Shown in pieces: positions 34,200 to 43,816 of a DNA stretch of 64,000 nt. This DNA comes from a virus. The notes beneath the pieces are model-generated. The model had not been told where the DNA came from. It did not search any database and saw only the letters and a program-made list of their open reading frames with translations. Positions within the stretch are counted from its first letter, which is position 1. Each line of letters starts with the position of its first letter. Made by a program: the position numbers and the translations under genes. The stretch spans positions 1 to 64,000 of the IMG/VR virus record IMGVR_UViG_3300032164_000003. The stretch is one strand, 5' to 3'.

Positions 34200-35918
34200 C
34201 TACTTGTGCTTGATCGTGTACACGCCGCGCTTCGGGACCTTCAAGCCGATGTCCTCGCGCTTGAGATTGGACAGCATGACGGACACGTAGTTCTTTACCT
34301 TGTCCACGGACTTGTTGGCAGTTAGGCCACCTTTGATGATTGCCTTGGCCAACTCGTCTCGGGTATGCTCACCCTTGCCCAACAGGGTAAGAACCAATTC
34401 CTTAGCTGTGCCAGTGCGCGGGTTACGCTGTTTCTTAACATCGCGCACCTTATTGGTGGTTCCCTTTGGCCGACCGAGCTTGCGGTGCATTTTTACCTTT
34501 TTGGTCTTCTTGATCTTCTTGATCATCTTCTTTGTCTTCTTTCTACCGCTCTTTCGCGGTTTCTCATTATCTTCCTCTTCTTCAGCATCTTCCTCTTCTT
34601 CAGCATCTTCCTCTTCTTCAGCATCTTCCTCTTCTTCAGCATCTTCCTCTTCTTCAGCATCTTCCTCTTCTTCAGCTTCTTCAGCATCTTCCTCTTCCTT
34701 GGCTTCCTTAGCTGGCTTCTTTGCAGGGGCTACTGCGGCCTCATCTTCGTCGTCTGCATCGTCGTCCGTCTCTTCCTCTTCGTCCTCTTCCTCTTCGTCC
34801 TCTTCCTCTTCCGCCTCTTCCGCCTCTTCCTCTTCCTCTTCCTCGTCTTCAGCCACTTCTTCTTTCTCGGGCGCAGCCTTGCTCGTCGCTGCCTCTACTG
34901 GATCTTCCTCGTCCTTTTTGTTCTTCTCTTCCATCGCTTCCTCCACTGGCTTGACCTTGTAATTGGGTGGCACATCTAGTTCGTCATCGGTGGCAAGGAT
35001 CTTGATCGTGACCTTCTTGGGAGATTTTGAAACGATCTGTATTTTCTTGCCGTGTGGTGTTACATATTGCTTCTTCAAAATCCCATCTTCGATACTGATG
35101 AATCCGTCGTCTGGCATGCTCTGCTCCTTTTCGTTTTCGGTTATCACATCAGAAAATTCTATCCTAAGTTTACTTTCTATCGGGTCGCCTTTCTTAGTAT
35201 AAACTCCATCTGTCCTTATCTCATTATACCCCAAGTTTACATCCTTATCGGTTTTTTCTTCTTGGACTTCGAGTAATGGTGTCAAGACAGCAGAGAATGT
35301 TTTCTTTATGTTCTTTATGCTGGCCCCAGAAATCAGCGACCACAGTTCAAGGCAAAGCCTGTGTTTCTCAGAAAGTTCAAGATGTTTAGCATATTCCATG
35401 ATTTCCGGGATAGTGAGTTTTTGTGGCATTTGTTCCTCGCATATCTTGTCAATAACTGCGCGTTGTTTATCTGTAAGTGATTCGCTAAGGCAAACTAAAT
35501 CTAACGGATCGCTTTTAGGCATCCGAGACAAACCGCTAAGATTTCCCTCAGGATCTTCAACAAGTATTCCATCGAGGGATTCCGCCATAAAGTTTAGTTT
35601 ACTCTTATGCGAATTCCTTTTCTTATGGTTATTGGTCAAAACATTATTGACCTTCATCCTCAGGAAATCTATAAAAGGTTTTCCCTGGTAACGTGGGCCA
35701 TACCGTTGTAAACCTTGCCACAGGTGCAAATAAATGTCACCTATGGCATTTTCCTTATCATATTTGTCGGAACGATGCGCCGACTTGTGGACGTATCCCT
35801 CTACCATCGAGAAGAACTCGGTGGCATACTTATGGTCCAAATCCCAGGTTCCATCAGCCTTTTGTTTGGACGCCATGGCGTCCACGATGCGCTGAAGCCG
35901 CTCGGGGTCTAGAGACAT
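34200..35918 (-). CDS. sigma-region-2-like N-terminal domain + acidic repeat linker + AT-hook/winged-helix C-terminus
   Basis: DKENAIGDIYLHLWQGLQRYGPRYQGKPFIDFLRMKVNNVL; (EEEEDA)n; GRPKG; TRDELAKAI..VKNYVSVMLSNL..RGVY. Confidence 0.6.
   Translation of the reverse strand: MSLDPERLQRIVDAMASKQKADGTWDLDHKYATEFFSMVEGYVHKSAHRSDKYDKENAIGDIYLHLWQGLQRYGPRYQGKPFIDFLRMKVNNVLTNNHKKRNSHKSKLNFMAESLDGILVEDPEGNLSGLSRMPKSDPLDLVCLSESLTDKQRAVIDKICEEQMPQKLTIPEIMEYAKHLELSEKHRLCLELWSLISGASIKNIKKTFSAVLTPLLEVQEEKTDKDVNLGYNEIRTDGVYTKKGDPIESKLRIEFSDVITENEKEQSMPDDGFISIEDGILKKQYVTPHGKKIQIVSKSPKKVTIKILATDDELDVPPNYKVKPVEEAMEEKNKKDEEDPVEAATSKAAPEKEEVAEDEEEEEEEAEEAEEEEDEEEEDEEEETDDDADDEDEAAVAPAKKPAKEAKEEEDAEEAEEEEDAEEEEDAEEEEDAEEEEDAEEEEDAEEEEDNEKPRKSGRKKTKKMIKKIKKTKKVKMHRKLGRPKGTTNKVRDVKKQRNPRTGTAKELVLTLLGKGEHTRDELAKAIIKGGLTANKSVDKVKNYVSVMLSNLKREDIGLKVPKRGVYTIKHK
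34570..34697. repeat. 18-bp coding tandem repeat (TCTTCCTCTTCTTCAGCA, about 6 copies) encoding EEEEDA
   Basis: Directly visible. Confidence 0.9.
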
Positions 35919-35951
35919 AAGTTTCCTCCGGGGAAGTTTGGCAAGGCTCGT

Positions 35952-35979
35952 ATGGTAAGCGTGATACCAGGAAAGTCAA
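35952..35979 (-). promoter_or_regulatory. sigma70-type promoter TTGACT-N16-TACCAT
   Basis: Intergenic, upstream of the GGAGG SD of 34200..35918. Confidence 0.55.
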
Positions 35980-36003
35980 GCTATTTTTTCAATGCTCACT
36001 AAC

Positions 36004-36462
36004 TTATTGATTTTCAACGAGTTTAGAAATCTTACGCATACCACGATGAACAAAGGTTGCCACTTCTAGTAATGTGGCCTCTGGTCGATCTGCTAAGGAC
36101 TTAACGTCAATAAATAATGAATCGAACATGTCGTACAGTTTGAATTTTACCTTCTGTGTGCAATCTATCAATATTAAGCTAAGCTCTGTTTCGGCGCGGG
36201 ACTTTAGGGTATCAACCTTCTCAGTAACATGATCCTTAGTCTCCGTAAAGATATCTACTATGGTGCGAAAGTCTATATCATAGAGATCCTGTATATCTTT
36301 AGCCTTTCCGTGGGCACCGCAACCAAAGCAGTGAAAGCTGCCGTCTGGGTAAACAACGAACGAGGCGTCCAATTCTTTATGAAACGGACAAATAGATTTC
36401 CACCTATCACCGGTTTTCTTAAGTTCAATTCCGATTTCCTTGTAAAATGATTCAATGTTCAA
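36004..36462 (-). CDS. stand-alone CHC2 zinc-finger protein (primase Zn-binding domain)
   Basis: CPFHKE..SF.V...FHCFGCGAHG. Confidence 0.85.
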   Translation of the reverse strand: MNIESFYKEIGIELKKTGDRWKSICPFHKELDASFVVYPDGSFHCFGCGAHGKAKDIQDLYDIDFRTIVDIFTETKDHVTEKVDTLKSRAETELSLILIDCTQKVKFKLYDMFDSLFIDVKSLADRPEATLLEVATFVHRGMRKISKLVENQ

Positions 36463-37862
36463 GAATCTTTACCTTCGTTATATGCCGGAGAGCGCTTTTC
36501 TTTGTTAACAATCAGATTGTTTTTAATTAGGTTATCCCCCACATATGTTCTATCCCATAACGCTAATAGTGGTATTTCATCGCCCTGTCGTCCGTATCTT
36601 ACTTTGTCCAGGATGCCCCACAATCTGTTGTGCGTTTTATCTTTGCTGTCCTGTTTTAATCTTATGACGATGTCACAATGCACGGCCATAAAGTTACTCA
36701 GCCCGATTTTGTGGACACCGTGCTCTACATCAATTTTCTTTCTACGCGCCTCAATGTCCTCCTTAGAGGCATCCCTACTTTCCTGCGTAGCAGTAAGAAG
36801 TGCCACGTGCTCGTATTTAGCAATTTCATGGTATTCCTGGAATAAACAATCGTATTTTTCGGATCTCCCAGAATACCGAGCCACCGGCTCCATAATGTTG
36901 GCGTAATCTATAATTACAAGGTCTGGCGGGACACCATAAGCAGCTTTGTAAAGTTCTATCTCTTCCAGAATTAAGGAAGATTTGGCACCCATTGAAACAT
37001 CTACAATCCATATGTTTAGCTTGTCCTTCAATTGCTTTCTTAGTGTTTCAGCATATATCTTTTTCTCTTCTTTGCTCAACTTTCCAAACATGATCTTGTT
37101 ACTATCAAGTTTGGACATCCTACTATCGAAGCGTATGGCAAGTGAATTGAATGCCATCTCCAGCGTGATATACATAACTCTATAACCGGCTAATGCTGCA
37201 TTGTAGGCGATATTTACTGCCGTGGTTGTTTTTCCACCACTAGTCTTAGAATAGATTAGTGTCAAAAAAGACTTCTTCATTCCGCCTAGGCGGGAATCAA
37301 ATGAATCTATGCCAAACGGGACTATGTCTCCCATGTCTCCCATTTCTACCTTCTTAAAATCCTCTATGCGGTCGTTAATCTTTTCGTGTAGCATCCCGCG
37401 ACTGATTGCTTCTCCAGATGATGCAGACTTTAGCAATTCCGCCATTATCTCCTGACGCATTTCTACAAATTCTGACTCCCCCTGCTCAAACTTGGTCTTT
37501 ATTGTATCTGCGAGATCTGCCAACGCCCTTCCTATTCTGAGATTGTCTGCACGCTGAAATTCGAAATTTGCATCGGCTATTCTTACTTTTGGTAGTTGAG
37601 AAAGCTCTTCAAAAACCTTGATTAGGCTTTCTGTTTCCTCCACGTCATTGCTATACATATTTTCCGCGTATGTCTTTAGTGTGGACATGCTCGGAGGAGA
37701 CTTGTACTTGCGCACATACTTTTTTATAAGCTCCGCTGCCTGTCGTCTTGAAGAATGTGCAAATGTGTCGAGCGGTATGTTAATCGCTTTCATGTGTGTT
37801 GGAGACTTCATAAGAAGTGCCAGCAACCGACGCTCGTTATTTTTAGAACTAAGAATCGGCAT
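36459..37862 (-). CDS. DnaB-like replicative helicase
   Basis: Walker A SGGKTT, YITLEM, LVIIDY, TATQESR, DKVRYG. Confidence 0.88.
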   Translation of the reverse strand: MPILSSKNNERRLLALLMKSPTHMKAINIPLDTFAHSSRRQAAELIKKYVRKYKSPPSMSTLKTYAENMYSNDVEETESLIKVFEELSQLPKVRIADANFEFQRADNLRIGRALADLADTIKTKFEQGESEFVEMRQEIMAELLKSASSGEAISRGMLHEKINDRIEDFKKVEMGDMGDIVPFGIDSFDSRLGGMKKSFLTLIYSKTSGGKTTTAVNIAYNAALAGYRVMYITLEMAFNSLAIRFDSRMSKLDSNKIMFGKLSKEEKKIYAETLRKQLKDKLNIWIVDVSMGAKSSLILEEIELYKAAYGVPPDLVIIDYANIMEPVARYSGRSEKYDCLFQEYHEIAKYEHVALLTATQESRDASKEDIEARRKKIDVEHGVHKIGLSNFMAVHCDIVIRLKQDSKDKTHNRLWGILDKVRYGRQGDEIPLLALWDRTYVGDNLIKNNLIVNKEKRSPAYNEGKDS

Positions 37863-38598
37863 TACGCATGTCTTCCCGCCCGGAGGCACCCTTTATGGTT
37901 ATGAACATAAGCGATTTGAACCGATCTTGTATCCAAACTGGTAGTGTTGGAATTGTCTCCTCGAATGTTTCGTTGGAACTTATCATTAATGACAGCCCAG
38001 CATTATACACGTCAGACAAAAATTGATAAAATAACTTTCCTGCCATTGACCCGTGTCGATCAGTCTGTTTCTCTCCCAAATCGCGCTTGTCAATTTCTTC
38101 TATTGCGAGGAGATGCACATTCTTAATTATATTCTTTACCGTGGCACGCGCTTCTGGATCTCTCTCCATGGTTGACTGAAACAAGAGTGATATAAGATGC
38201 GACGCAGTGTCATAGTACACACTATACTTTTTATTAAGCGCCATGCGCATTATGTAACATATCATGGAACTTTTCGCAGTGCCAGGAGGGCCAGCGAACC
38301 ATATTCCGCGTCCGCGATTCAAATTGAAATCTATATTCCTAATGTATTTGTTTATGTGGGATATGGAAATTTTGTTTGTCACAAGAAATTGCTCATTAAG
38401 TTTTTTCATATTCCATCTGCGGTATGTAAGTGGGATATTGGCTTCTATGAGCGCTATTTCTTTTTCAATTCGTTGTACACACGCACAATCTTCAATGAGA
38501 ATACCGTCCGGTTTTTCTACTTCCTTGTAACCAATCCCATTGCAGACGGTGCACGCAGATCGAATTTTATGAAGTCTATCCAGATCGCGCTGATACAA
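37849..38598 (-). CDS. DnaC/IstB-like ATPase (helicase loader)
   Basis: N-terminal CTVCNG..CAC, GPPGTAKS, LLAIEE, ISSN. Confidence 0.8.
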   Translation of the reverse strand: MYQRDLDRLHKIRSACTVCNGIGYKEVEKPDGILIEDCACVQRIEKEIALIEANIPLTYRRWNMKKLNEQFLVTNKISISHINKYIRNIDFNLNRGRGIWFAGPPGTAKSSMICYIMRMALNKKYSVYYDTASHLISLLFQSTMERDPEARATVKNIIKNVHLLAIEEIDKRDLGEKQTDRHGSMAGKLFYQFLSDVYNAGLSLMISSNETFEETIPTLPVWIQDRFKSLMFITIKGASGREDMRNADS

Positions 38599-38605
38599 GT
38601 GGCAC

Positions 38606-39145
38606 CTAGGCGGTGAATTTGTTCACGTATTGATCGAATTTTTCTTGCTCTTGGAGCAGATCATGATCTAGATTATGGAAATCATCTGTAGATACAAACT
38701 TGTTCACGTTCGCCATGATGTGATTATACAAGCGGGAACTACAAATATGCGATATTTTTGGGAGATTAATTTTGTTGAAGTAGCGACCGAATGCTAAGTC
38801 TATGAATTGTTTGTAATCCTTCTTTGGTATCTGCCCGCCGAGACGGAATTCATCAATCTTTTGGTATGTCAACACAATATTTCCAATTTGCCGATACTCG
38901 TGACCATAGCGTTCTACATACTTAGTACAGAAGTAATGGTAGAAGTCGAATGGCTTCCATAATTCGACATCCTTCAAGTGTGACCATCCACTAGTTTTTT
39001 GTATGTGATCCTTCAGGCGCTTGTTCTGGTGACGAAGGCGCTGCAAATGAAGAATGATGTGGCGCTCTATCGGATCGTCACTTACCGTTGCGTCGCGTAC
39101 CATTAATTCTTCTAAACTTAGGTCTTTTAGATTTCGGTTTGCCAC
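38606..39145 (-). CDS. hypothetical protein in replication module
   Basis: 179-aa ORF between the loader and the SF2 helicase. Confidence 0.65.
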   Translation of the reverse strand: MANRNLKDLSLEELMVRDATVSDDPIERHIILHLQRLRHQNKRLKDHIQKTSGWSHLKDVELWKPFDFYHYFCTKYVERYGHEYRQIGNIVLTYQKIDEFRLGGQIPKKDYKQFIDLAFGRYFNKINLPKISHICSSRLYNHIMANVNKFVSTDDFHNLDHDLLQEQEKFDQYVNKFTA

Positions 39146-40593
39146 CGGGAACCCTCCATCTGATAGAAGTCTGCTGACACTTTTCGAATCTTTATTTTTG
39201 AACCCTGTATGGTTTTGTACAGACTGAACCGTTGTTTGCTGTGCTTACTTAGGTATTTTCCACGGTCAAAGAAGTCTATCACGATTCCGTATTTTTTTCC
39301 TTCAGCGGCAGTAAGAGAACGCATCTTTTGGATGGTCGTCACTTTTGATTTTAAACCCTCTGCATTTATCACGGCGTTCAATTGGGGTATGTTTAGGCCT
39401 TCTTTTCCTACGGTCGCAATTATACAATGAATGTCTTTTCTTTGCAACGCTTCGTACAACTCACCCCGTTCTTTACTGTCAATACTTCCATTTACAAAAA
39501 CACTTCCAGGAATCATTGCTCTAAGAATAGGTCCGTGCGGCAGCTTGCGAATCATAATGAAAGATGTCTTTCCAGACTTATGCAGACTTTCTACAATGTC
39601 TGCGATAAACTGATTTCTGCAAAGGTTTTCCACCACGTTGCTATCGTAAATATCTTGATAATTTCCTAGTCCAGTTGAGTACCATCGATATGGCATTTGG
39701 TACATGATGATCATAGGGCGTGCGAGGCGCTTGTGATTAATAAGTGTTTTGTATTTTACGGTGAGCACGATTGAACCCAGAGCAGCCTCTAGTTCCAGCA
39801 TCCGCGCGTGCTGTGGTTTTGGAGTACCAGACAACCCAATGACGTATCCAGCGGAGTCCATGGTGGCGAGAAGGTTCTTGTTTTTCGGAGAGAGCGAATG
39901 GTGGCATTCATCGAAAATGAAAACCCGCGCGCTCCGGATCATTTTGTTAATAGCTTCATTTCTTGCACGTGTGTCAGCGCCTATTCTAACTTTACCTTTT
40001 GTTACCGTAAGTGCTCTGGTTATAGCTTGATAACTGGTTACTACAATATCCCCGTGTTCATACTCTCCTTCGGAGAATGAACCAATCTGGCGCTGAAGAT
40101 GAAACTCCAAATCCTTTTTAGTTTGGTTGACTAGATCTTTACCATAGGTAATTAACCACACTGGAAAATGCCCGATGTTCTTTATTATGCTAGCAGCTAT
40201 GGCGGTTTTCCCTGCGCGGACAGGTGCCTGGATGACTGCACGCCGATACTTTATGGCTCTCTGCACAGCAAGCTTCTGAAATGATTCTAGCTGCAGGCCA
40301 TGGATATCTGGTGTACCACGGGGTTTGTAATCATGTGAATAGACTATTTCTACAGTATGTCCACACTTCTTTTCCAGTATATATTTTATTCTGTACAAGC
40401 AGCCAGTTGGTGCTGTCTGATCTTTCAAAAGAAGGCGTTTCTTACCGTCCCACCCATACTCTTTATGCTGCTTTGTGAATTGGTAGTTGAATACAACGAA
40501 TGTCAGTTTCTCTCTTAACAGTGCGAAGTCCACATCCGAAAGTCCCGGAGTAATCTTCAAGCGCACTGGACCGACTTCTATGCAGACATTCAT
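39127..40593 (-). CDS. superfamily 2 helicase (UvsW-like)
   Basis: APVRAGKT, DECHH, LSGTP, KEGLNIP; probable leaderless start at M4, 7 nt after TATAAT. Confidence 0.88.
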   Translation of the reverse strand: MNVCIEVGPVRLKITPGLSDVDFALLREKLTFVVFNYQFTKQHKEYGWDGKKRLLLKDQTAPTGCLYRIKYILEKKCGHTVEIVYSHDYKPRGTPDIHGLQLESFQKLAVQRAIKYRRAVIQAPVRAGKTAIAASIIKNIGHFPVWLITYGKDLVNQTKKDLEFHLQRQIGSFSEGEYEHGDIVVTSYQAITRALTVTKGKVRIGADTRARNEAINKMIRSARVFIFDECHHSLSPKNKNLLATMDSAGYVIGLSGTPKPQHARMLELEAALGSIVLTVKYKTLINHKRLARPMIIMYQMPYRWYSTGLGNYQDIYDSNVVENLCRNQFIADIVESLHKSGKTSFIMIRKLPHGPILRAMIPGSVFVNGSIDSKERGELYEALQRKDIHCIIATVGKEGLNIPQLNAVINAEGLKSKVTTIQKMRSLTAAEGKKYGIVIDFFDRGKYLSKHSKQRFSLYKTIQGSKIKIRKVSADFYQMEGSRWQTEI

Positions 40594-40608
40594 CAGGATC
40601 ATTATACT

Positions 40609-41373
40609 TCAAGAAACAGGATACTTCTTCCTTATTATTTTCATATTATATTTACGTAATGATTCTGTTCCTATATTTAGTTCGGAGAATGTGGCACGAT
40701 GGACATGGTGAATGAACGTCCCAAGACTAAGCAAGATATTGTATCCATACGAGCGCATGCGTAGACAAAATTCGTCATCGTCCCCTAGCCCTATGCTCAA
40801 CTCCTCACAAAGAGGCCCGATCTCAGTAAACAGTGCGCGGCGCATGGCGACGCAGAAGAATGAAAGGGACATCTTCTCCAGCTGTACATATTTATCCTTT
40901 AATTTGGACAGACTATGTATAAAATCCTGCTTGTTTGCATGCCCGGTAGGCAGTTCCACACCAAGATTCTGCTGTATGCCGTAGGGCGTTTGCCAGGCAG
41001 AATTAAAGGTGACTGGACCCACTGCACCGACTCCCGGATAATGCATCAATGGTTTTATTAGTGTAATGTCCCAACCCCTAGTTACGCGCGTGTCATTGTT
41101 TAGCAAAATTACATAATCGCCAGTGGCCTCTTTAATCCCTTGATTGGTCGCCCGAATGAATCCCAAATTTTCTTTATTTAGGATCACCTTGCAATTTGAT
41201 AACCGCGATGCCTGTCTCCTTATAATTTCTATTTCGTGCGTTTGCGATCCGTTGTCAACCCAGATTACCTCTGTAGGCAAACCAGTATTTAGTCGGATGG
41301 ATTCGAAGCACTGGACGGTATAGCCAGACTGGTTCAACACTGGAATAACAATGCTTACAGACGGATTACCCAT
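40609..41373 (-). CDS. glycosyltransferase family 2
   Basis: SIVIPV.N, VDNGS, N.GF..ATN.G, LLNND, DDDEFC. Confidence 0.9.
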   Translation of the reverse strand: MGNPSVSIVIPVLNQSGYTVQCFESIRLNTGLPTEVIWVDNGSQTHEIEIIRRQASRLSNCKVILNKENLGFIRATNQGIKEATGDYVILLNNDTRVTRGWDITLIKPLMHYPGVGAVGPVTFNSAWQTPYGIQQNLGVELPTGHANKQDFIHSLSKLKDKYVQLEKMSLSFFCVAMRRALFTEIGPLCEELSIGLGDDDEFCLRMRSYGYNILLSLGTFIHHVHRATFSELNIGTESLRKYNMKIIRKKYPVS

Positions 41374-42193
41374 TAGGCCTTAGCTCTTTATCTATCTTGT
41401 TCTTCTTTTCCTTTAATAACCGGATGTTAGTTCTCCGTATATTGTCTACAGGGAGTTTGAGGGCGTTGAATGTAGTTCGGTGCCAGTGATATACGAAAGT
41501 TCCTAAACTAATGAGTAACTTATATCCGTGCGCTCGCAATCTATAGCAATATTCATCATCATCGCACAACCCCATGCCGAAATCTTCATCCAGTATGCCT
41601 ATCTTATTTATAGTTGCTTTTGCTAGGGCGACACAAAAGAAGGACAGTGGGTTACCGTGTGTCTCCACATATTTTTCTTTGAACTTGGCGGTGAGTGCAG
41701 ACCCGTACTGTGCAATTAGATTAGATATATTCCTGGTGATTGTGGGCGGATTGAACGCCGGAAGTCCGAGATGCCAGCGCCGGTTGAGATGATTTGCAGC
41801 TTGCCAGGCTAACGCGCTTTGTGTTATCGGGCCAACGGCACCTATTATTGGATCTTTTAATGGGGCGACCAGCTTATTTACCCAACCTGCAGTTACTTCT
41901 GTGTCATTATTCAACAGAATTATATATTTTGCGCTTGGGGAAGCTGCACGAATGCCAATATTAGTTGCCTTTACAAATCCAACATTAGCTTGTAGGCGTA
42001 TGGAATTTAGGCGTTCTCCAAACCTGGCAGAATGTTTTTTTATCGCCGCGTACATTCCGGGAATGGACCCATTGTCAACCCAGATTACTTCATATGGAAG
42101 GTCTGTGTTAGCCAAAATGCTAGAAAAGCAGCGTGTCGTTTTTTCTTGTTCATTCCATGTAGGAATAATTATACTTACAATTGGGACAGTCAT
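41366..42193 (-). CDS. glycosyltransferase family 2 (paralog of 40609..41373)
   Basis: SIIIPTWN, VDNGS, LLNND, LSFFCVA, DDDEYC. Confidence 0.9.
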   Translation of the reverse strand: MTVPIVSIIIPTWNEQEKTTRCFSSILANTDLPYEVIWVDNGSIPGMYAAIKKHSARFGERLNSIRLQANVGFVKATNIGIRAASPSAKYIILLNNDTEVTAGWVNKLVAPLKDPIIGAVGPITQSALAWQAANHLNRRWHLGLPAFNPPTITRNISNLIAQYGSALTAKFKEKYVETHGNPLSFFCVALAKATINKIGILDEDFGMGLCDDDEYCYRLRAHGYKLLISLGTFVYHWHRTTFNALKLPVDNIRRTNIRLLKEKKNKIDKELRPNG

Positions 42194-42195
42194 AA

Positions 42196-42948
42196 TTATC
42201 TCACGGATTGTGCCTTGTGCATTTCTGCATTTTTCAGCATTCTGTATTTAGGATCATCGACATTTCCACGATGGTACACTAGATCACTAGTATTAAAATA
42301 CCCGATCCAATACCCGTGATCTGCCGCTCGGCAACTCATGGGGTAGTCCACCCCGTAAACTATGCCTCCAGGATGCCCACCGATGTCCAGGAACTCTTTT
42401 CTGGGAGAGAGCCGGCATACCCCGTTCATCATCCACATTCTAGGATTGTAGCAGAGCAGTGCACGTTCTGAGTTTCCTAATGGGACTATCTTACCCATGG
42501 CGTTCTGGTACATGCCTATTCCTGAGCGCGTTGCAAATGTTCCACTTCCACCCGTAGAATTTTGTCCACTCCAACCCATGTCCCATCCCAGGAACAGCAA
42601 CTTTTTTTCGTTCAGTTTTTCGTATGCTTCTACCAGGCGTCGTCCAAAGTTATTGGGAACATCTATGTCGTCGTCCACTTTCAGTATATACTTTCCGCGA
42701 GCATCTGTGGCCATAGTGTTGAAGGCTTCCATACCTATATTATTAGTGGCCCCATATACTTTATAGACTCTACAGTCAGCGTTTCCATAAGAATAAATCC
42801 AATCGTATGATCCGTCAATGGATCCGTTGTCCCATAGGAGCACTTCGAATGGTATATTGCCTACCTTATCTACAATCTTTGGTATATAGTTACTGGATAG
42901 AATAACCCTATTGTAAGTTAAGATCAGAATAGAAATTGTAATACTCAT
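42196..42948 (-). CDS. glycosyltransferase family 2
   Basis: ILILTYNR, DNGSIDG, KVDDD. Confidence 0.88.
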   Translation of the reverse strand: MSITISILILTYNRVILSSNYIPKIVDKVGNIPFEVLLWDNGSIDGSYDWIYSYGNADCRVYKVYGATNNIGMEAFNTMATDARGKYILKVDDDIDVPNNFGRRLVEAYEKLNEKKLLFLGWDMGWSGQNSTGGSGTFATRSGIGMYQNAMGKIVPLGNSERALLCYNPRMWMMNGVCRLSPRKEFLDIGGHPGGIVYGVDYPMSCRAADHGYWIGYFNTSDLVYHRGNVDDPKYRMLKNAEMHKAQSVR

Positions 42949-43320
42949 AAATCTGGTGCCTGGGGAATCTCGTACGTAATAATTTCAACTGTCGGATTTG
43001 GAACATCAAATACGATCAGGCGCTGATCATATCCTCTCGCTGCCTCTTCTGCTCCTTCGTCAATGACTGTGCGCCGATTCAAACAGTTAAGATGCCCCTT
43101 TGTTCTTTTGTACATTACGATGCCCCTTTGTTCTTTTGTACATTACGATGCCATCTGGAACCGGTCGCTTTATTCTGCGGTGTGGTTTCTTTTCCTGCAG
43201 AGTAGGTTTTTTCTTTGGCTCTTTATGCGCCAGCCCATTAACAGTGGCACGCGGCCCAAGCGGACCTTTTCCAATTGCTGTCCGTCCTATATTTTCTTGT
43301 CTAGTACGCATAATAAACAT
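42945..43320 (-). pseudogene. gene frameshifted by a 28-bp tandem duplication (115 aa if one copy is removed)
   Basis: Removing one copy gives ...YKRTKGHLNCLNRR...QAPDL with its stop overlapping the next ATG (ATGA). Confidence 0.65.
43091..43152. repeat. perfect 28-bp tandem duplication GATGCCCCTTTGTTCTTTTGTACATTAC x2 plus GATGCC
   Basis: Directly visible. Confidence 0.95.
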
Positions 43321-43816
43321 TTTGTAAAGTGTATGCTGCTCCGATTAGCGCTTCTTTGCAGACGGTCGAATAATGTTTATTAAACATACCTAGAAAACTT
43401 TCAGTGTTAAACAACGGGGCTATTCCTTGCGGTAGCTTACCGCCGGTAGCTGCCAATATAGCAACCACGTCCAGGTATGAAAAAACTATTGATGAGCATG
43501 CCATCACAATGTTATTAATAAATGCAGGAACATCAAATATGTATTCAAAGATGCCAAGGCAGACACACATGGTGTCCTCTCTTGGAGTTACAATTTTTGG
43601 AAAATCCACGTTGAAATCTACAACTGTCACTCCTGGGAATGCCATGTATGAGTCATGTGGAAAATATACTTTATCGCTTTTCCACAACTGCATGCCCATG
43701 TGCCCGGGTCCGCATCCGAGATCGTACACGTTTTTCTGCGGTAATTTTTTCACTAAGGTAGCGGCAATTCCCATTCTTTCGTCTATAAGGACAGTTGGAC
43801 TTTTGTAGATGTTCAT
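43301..43816 (-). CDS. class I SAM-dependent methyltransferase
   Basis: VYDLGCGPG; LGIFEYI.D. Confidence 0.8.
   Translation of the reverse strand: MNIYKSPTVLIDERMGIAATLVKKLPQKNVYDLGCGPGHMGMQLWKSDKVYFPHDSYMAFPGVTVVDFNVDFPKIVTPREDTMCVCLGIFEYIFDVPAFINNIVMACSSIVFSYLDVVAILAATGGKLPQGIAPLFNTESFLGMFNKHYSTVCKEALIGAAYTLQNVYYAY

Noticed and set aside
34300-34979. Plus-strand poly-Ser and FLFFSI-repeat ORFs
   Set aside because: Antisense shadows of the EEEEDA repeat.
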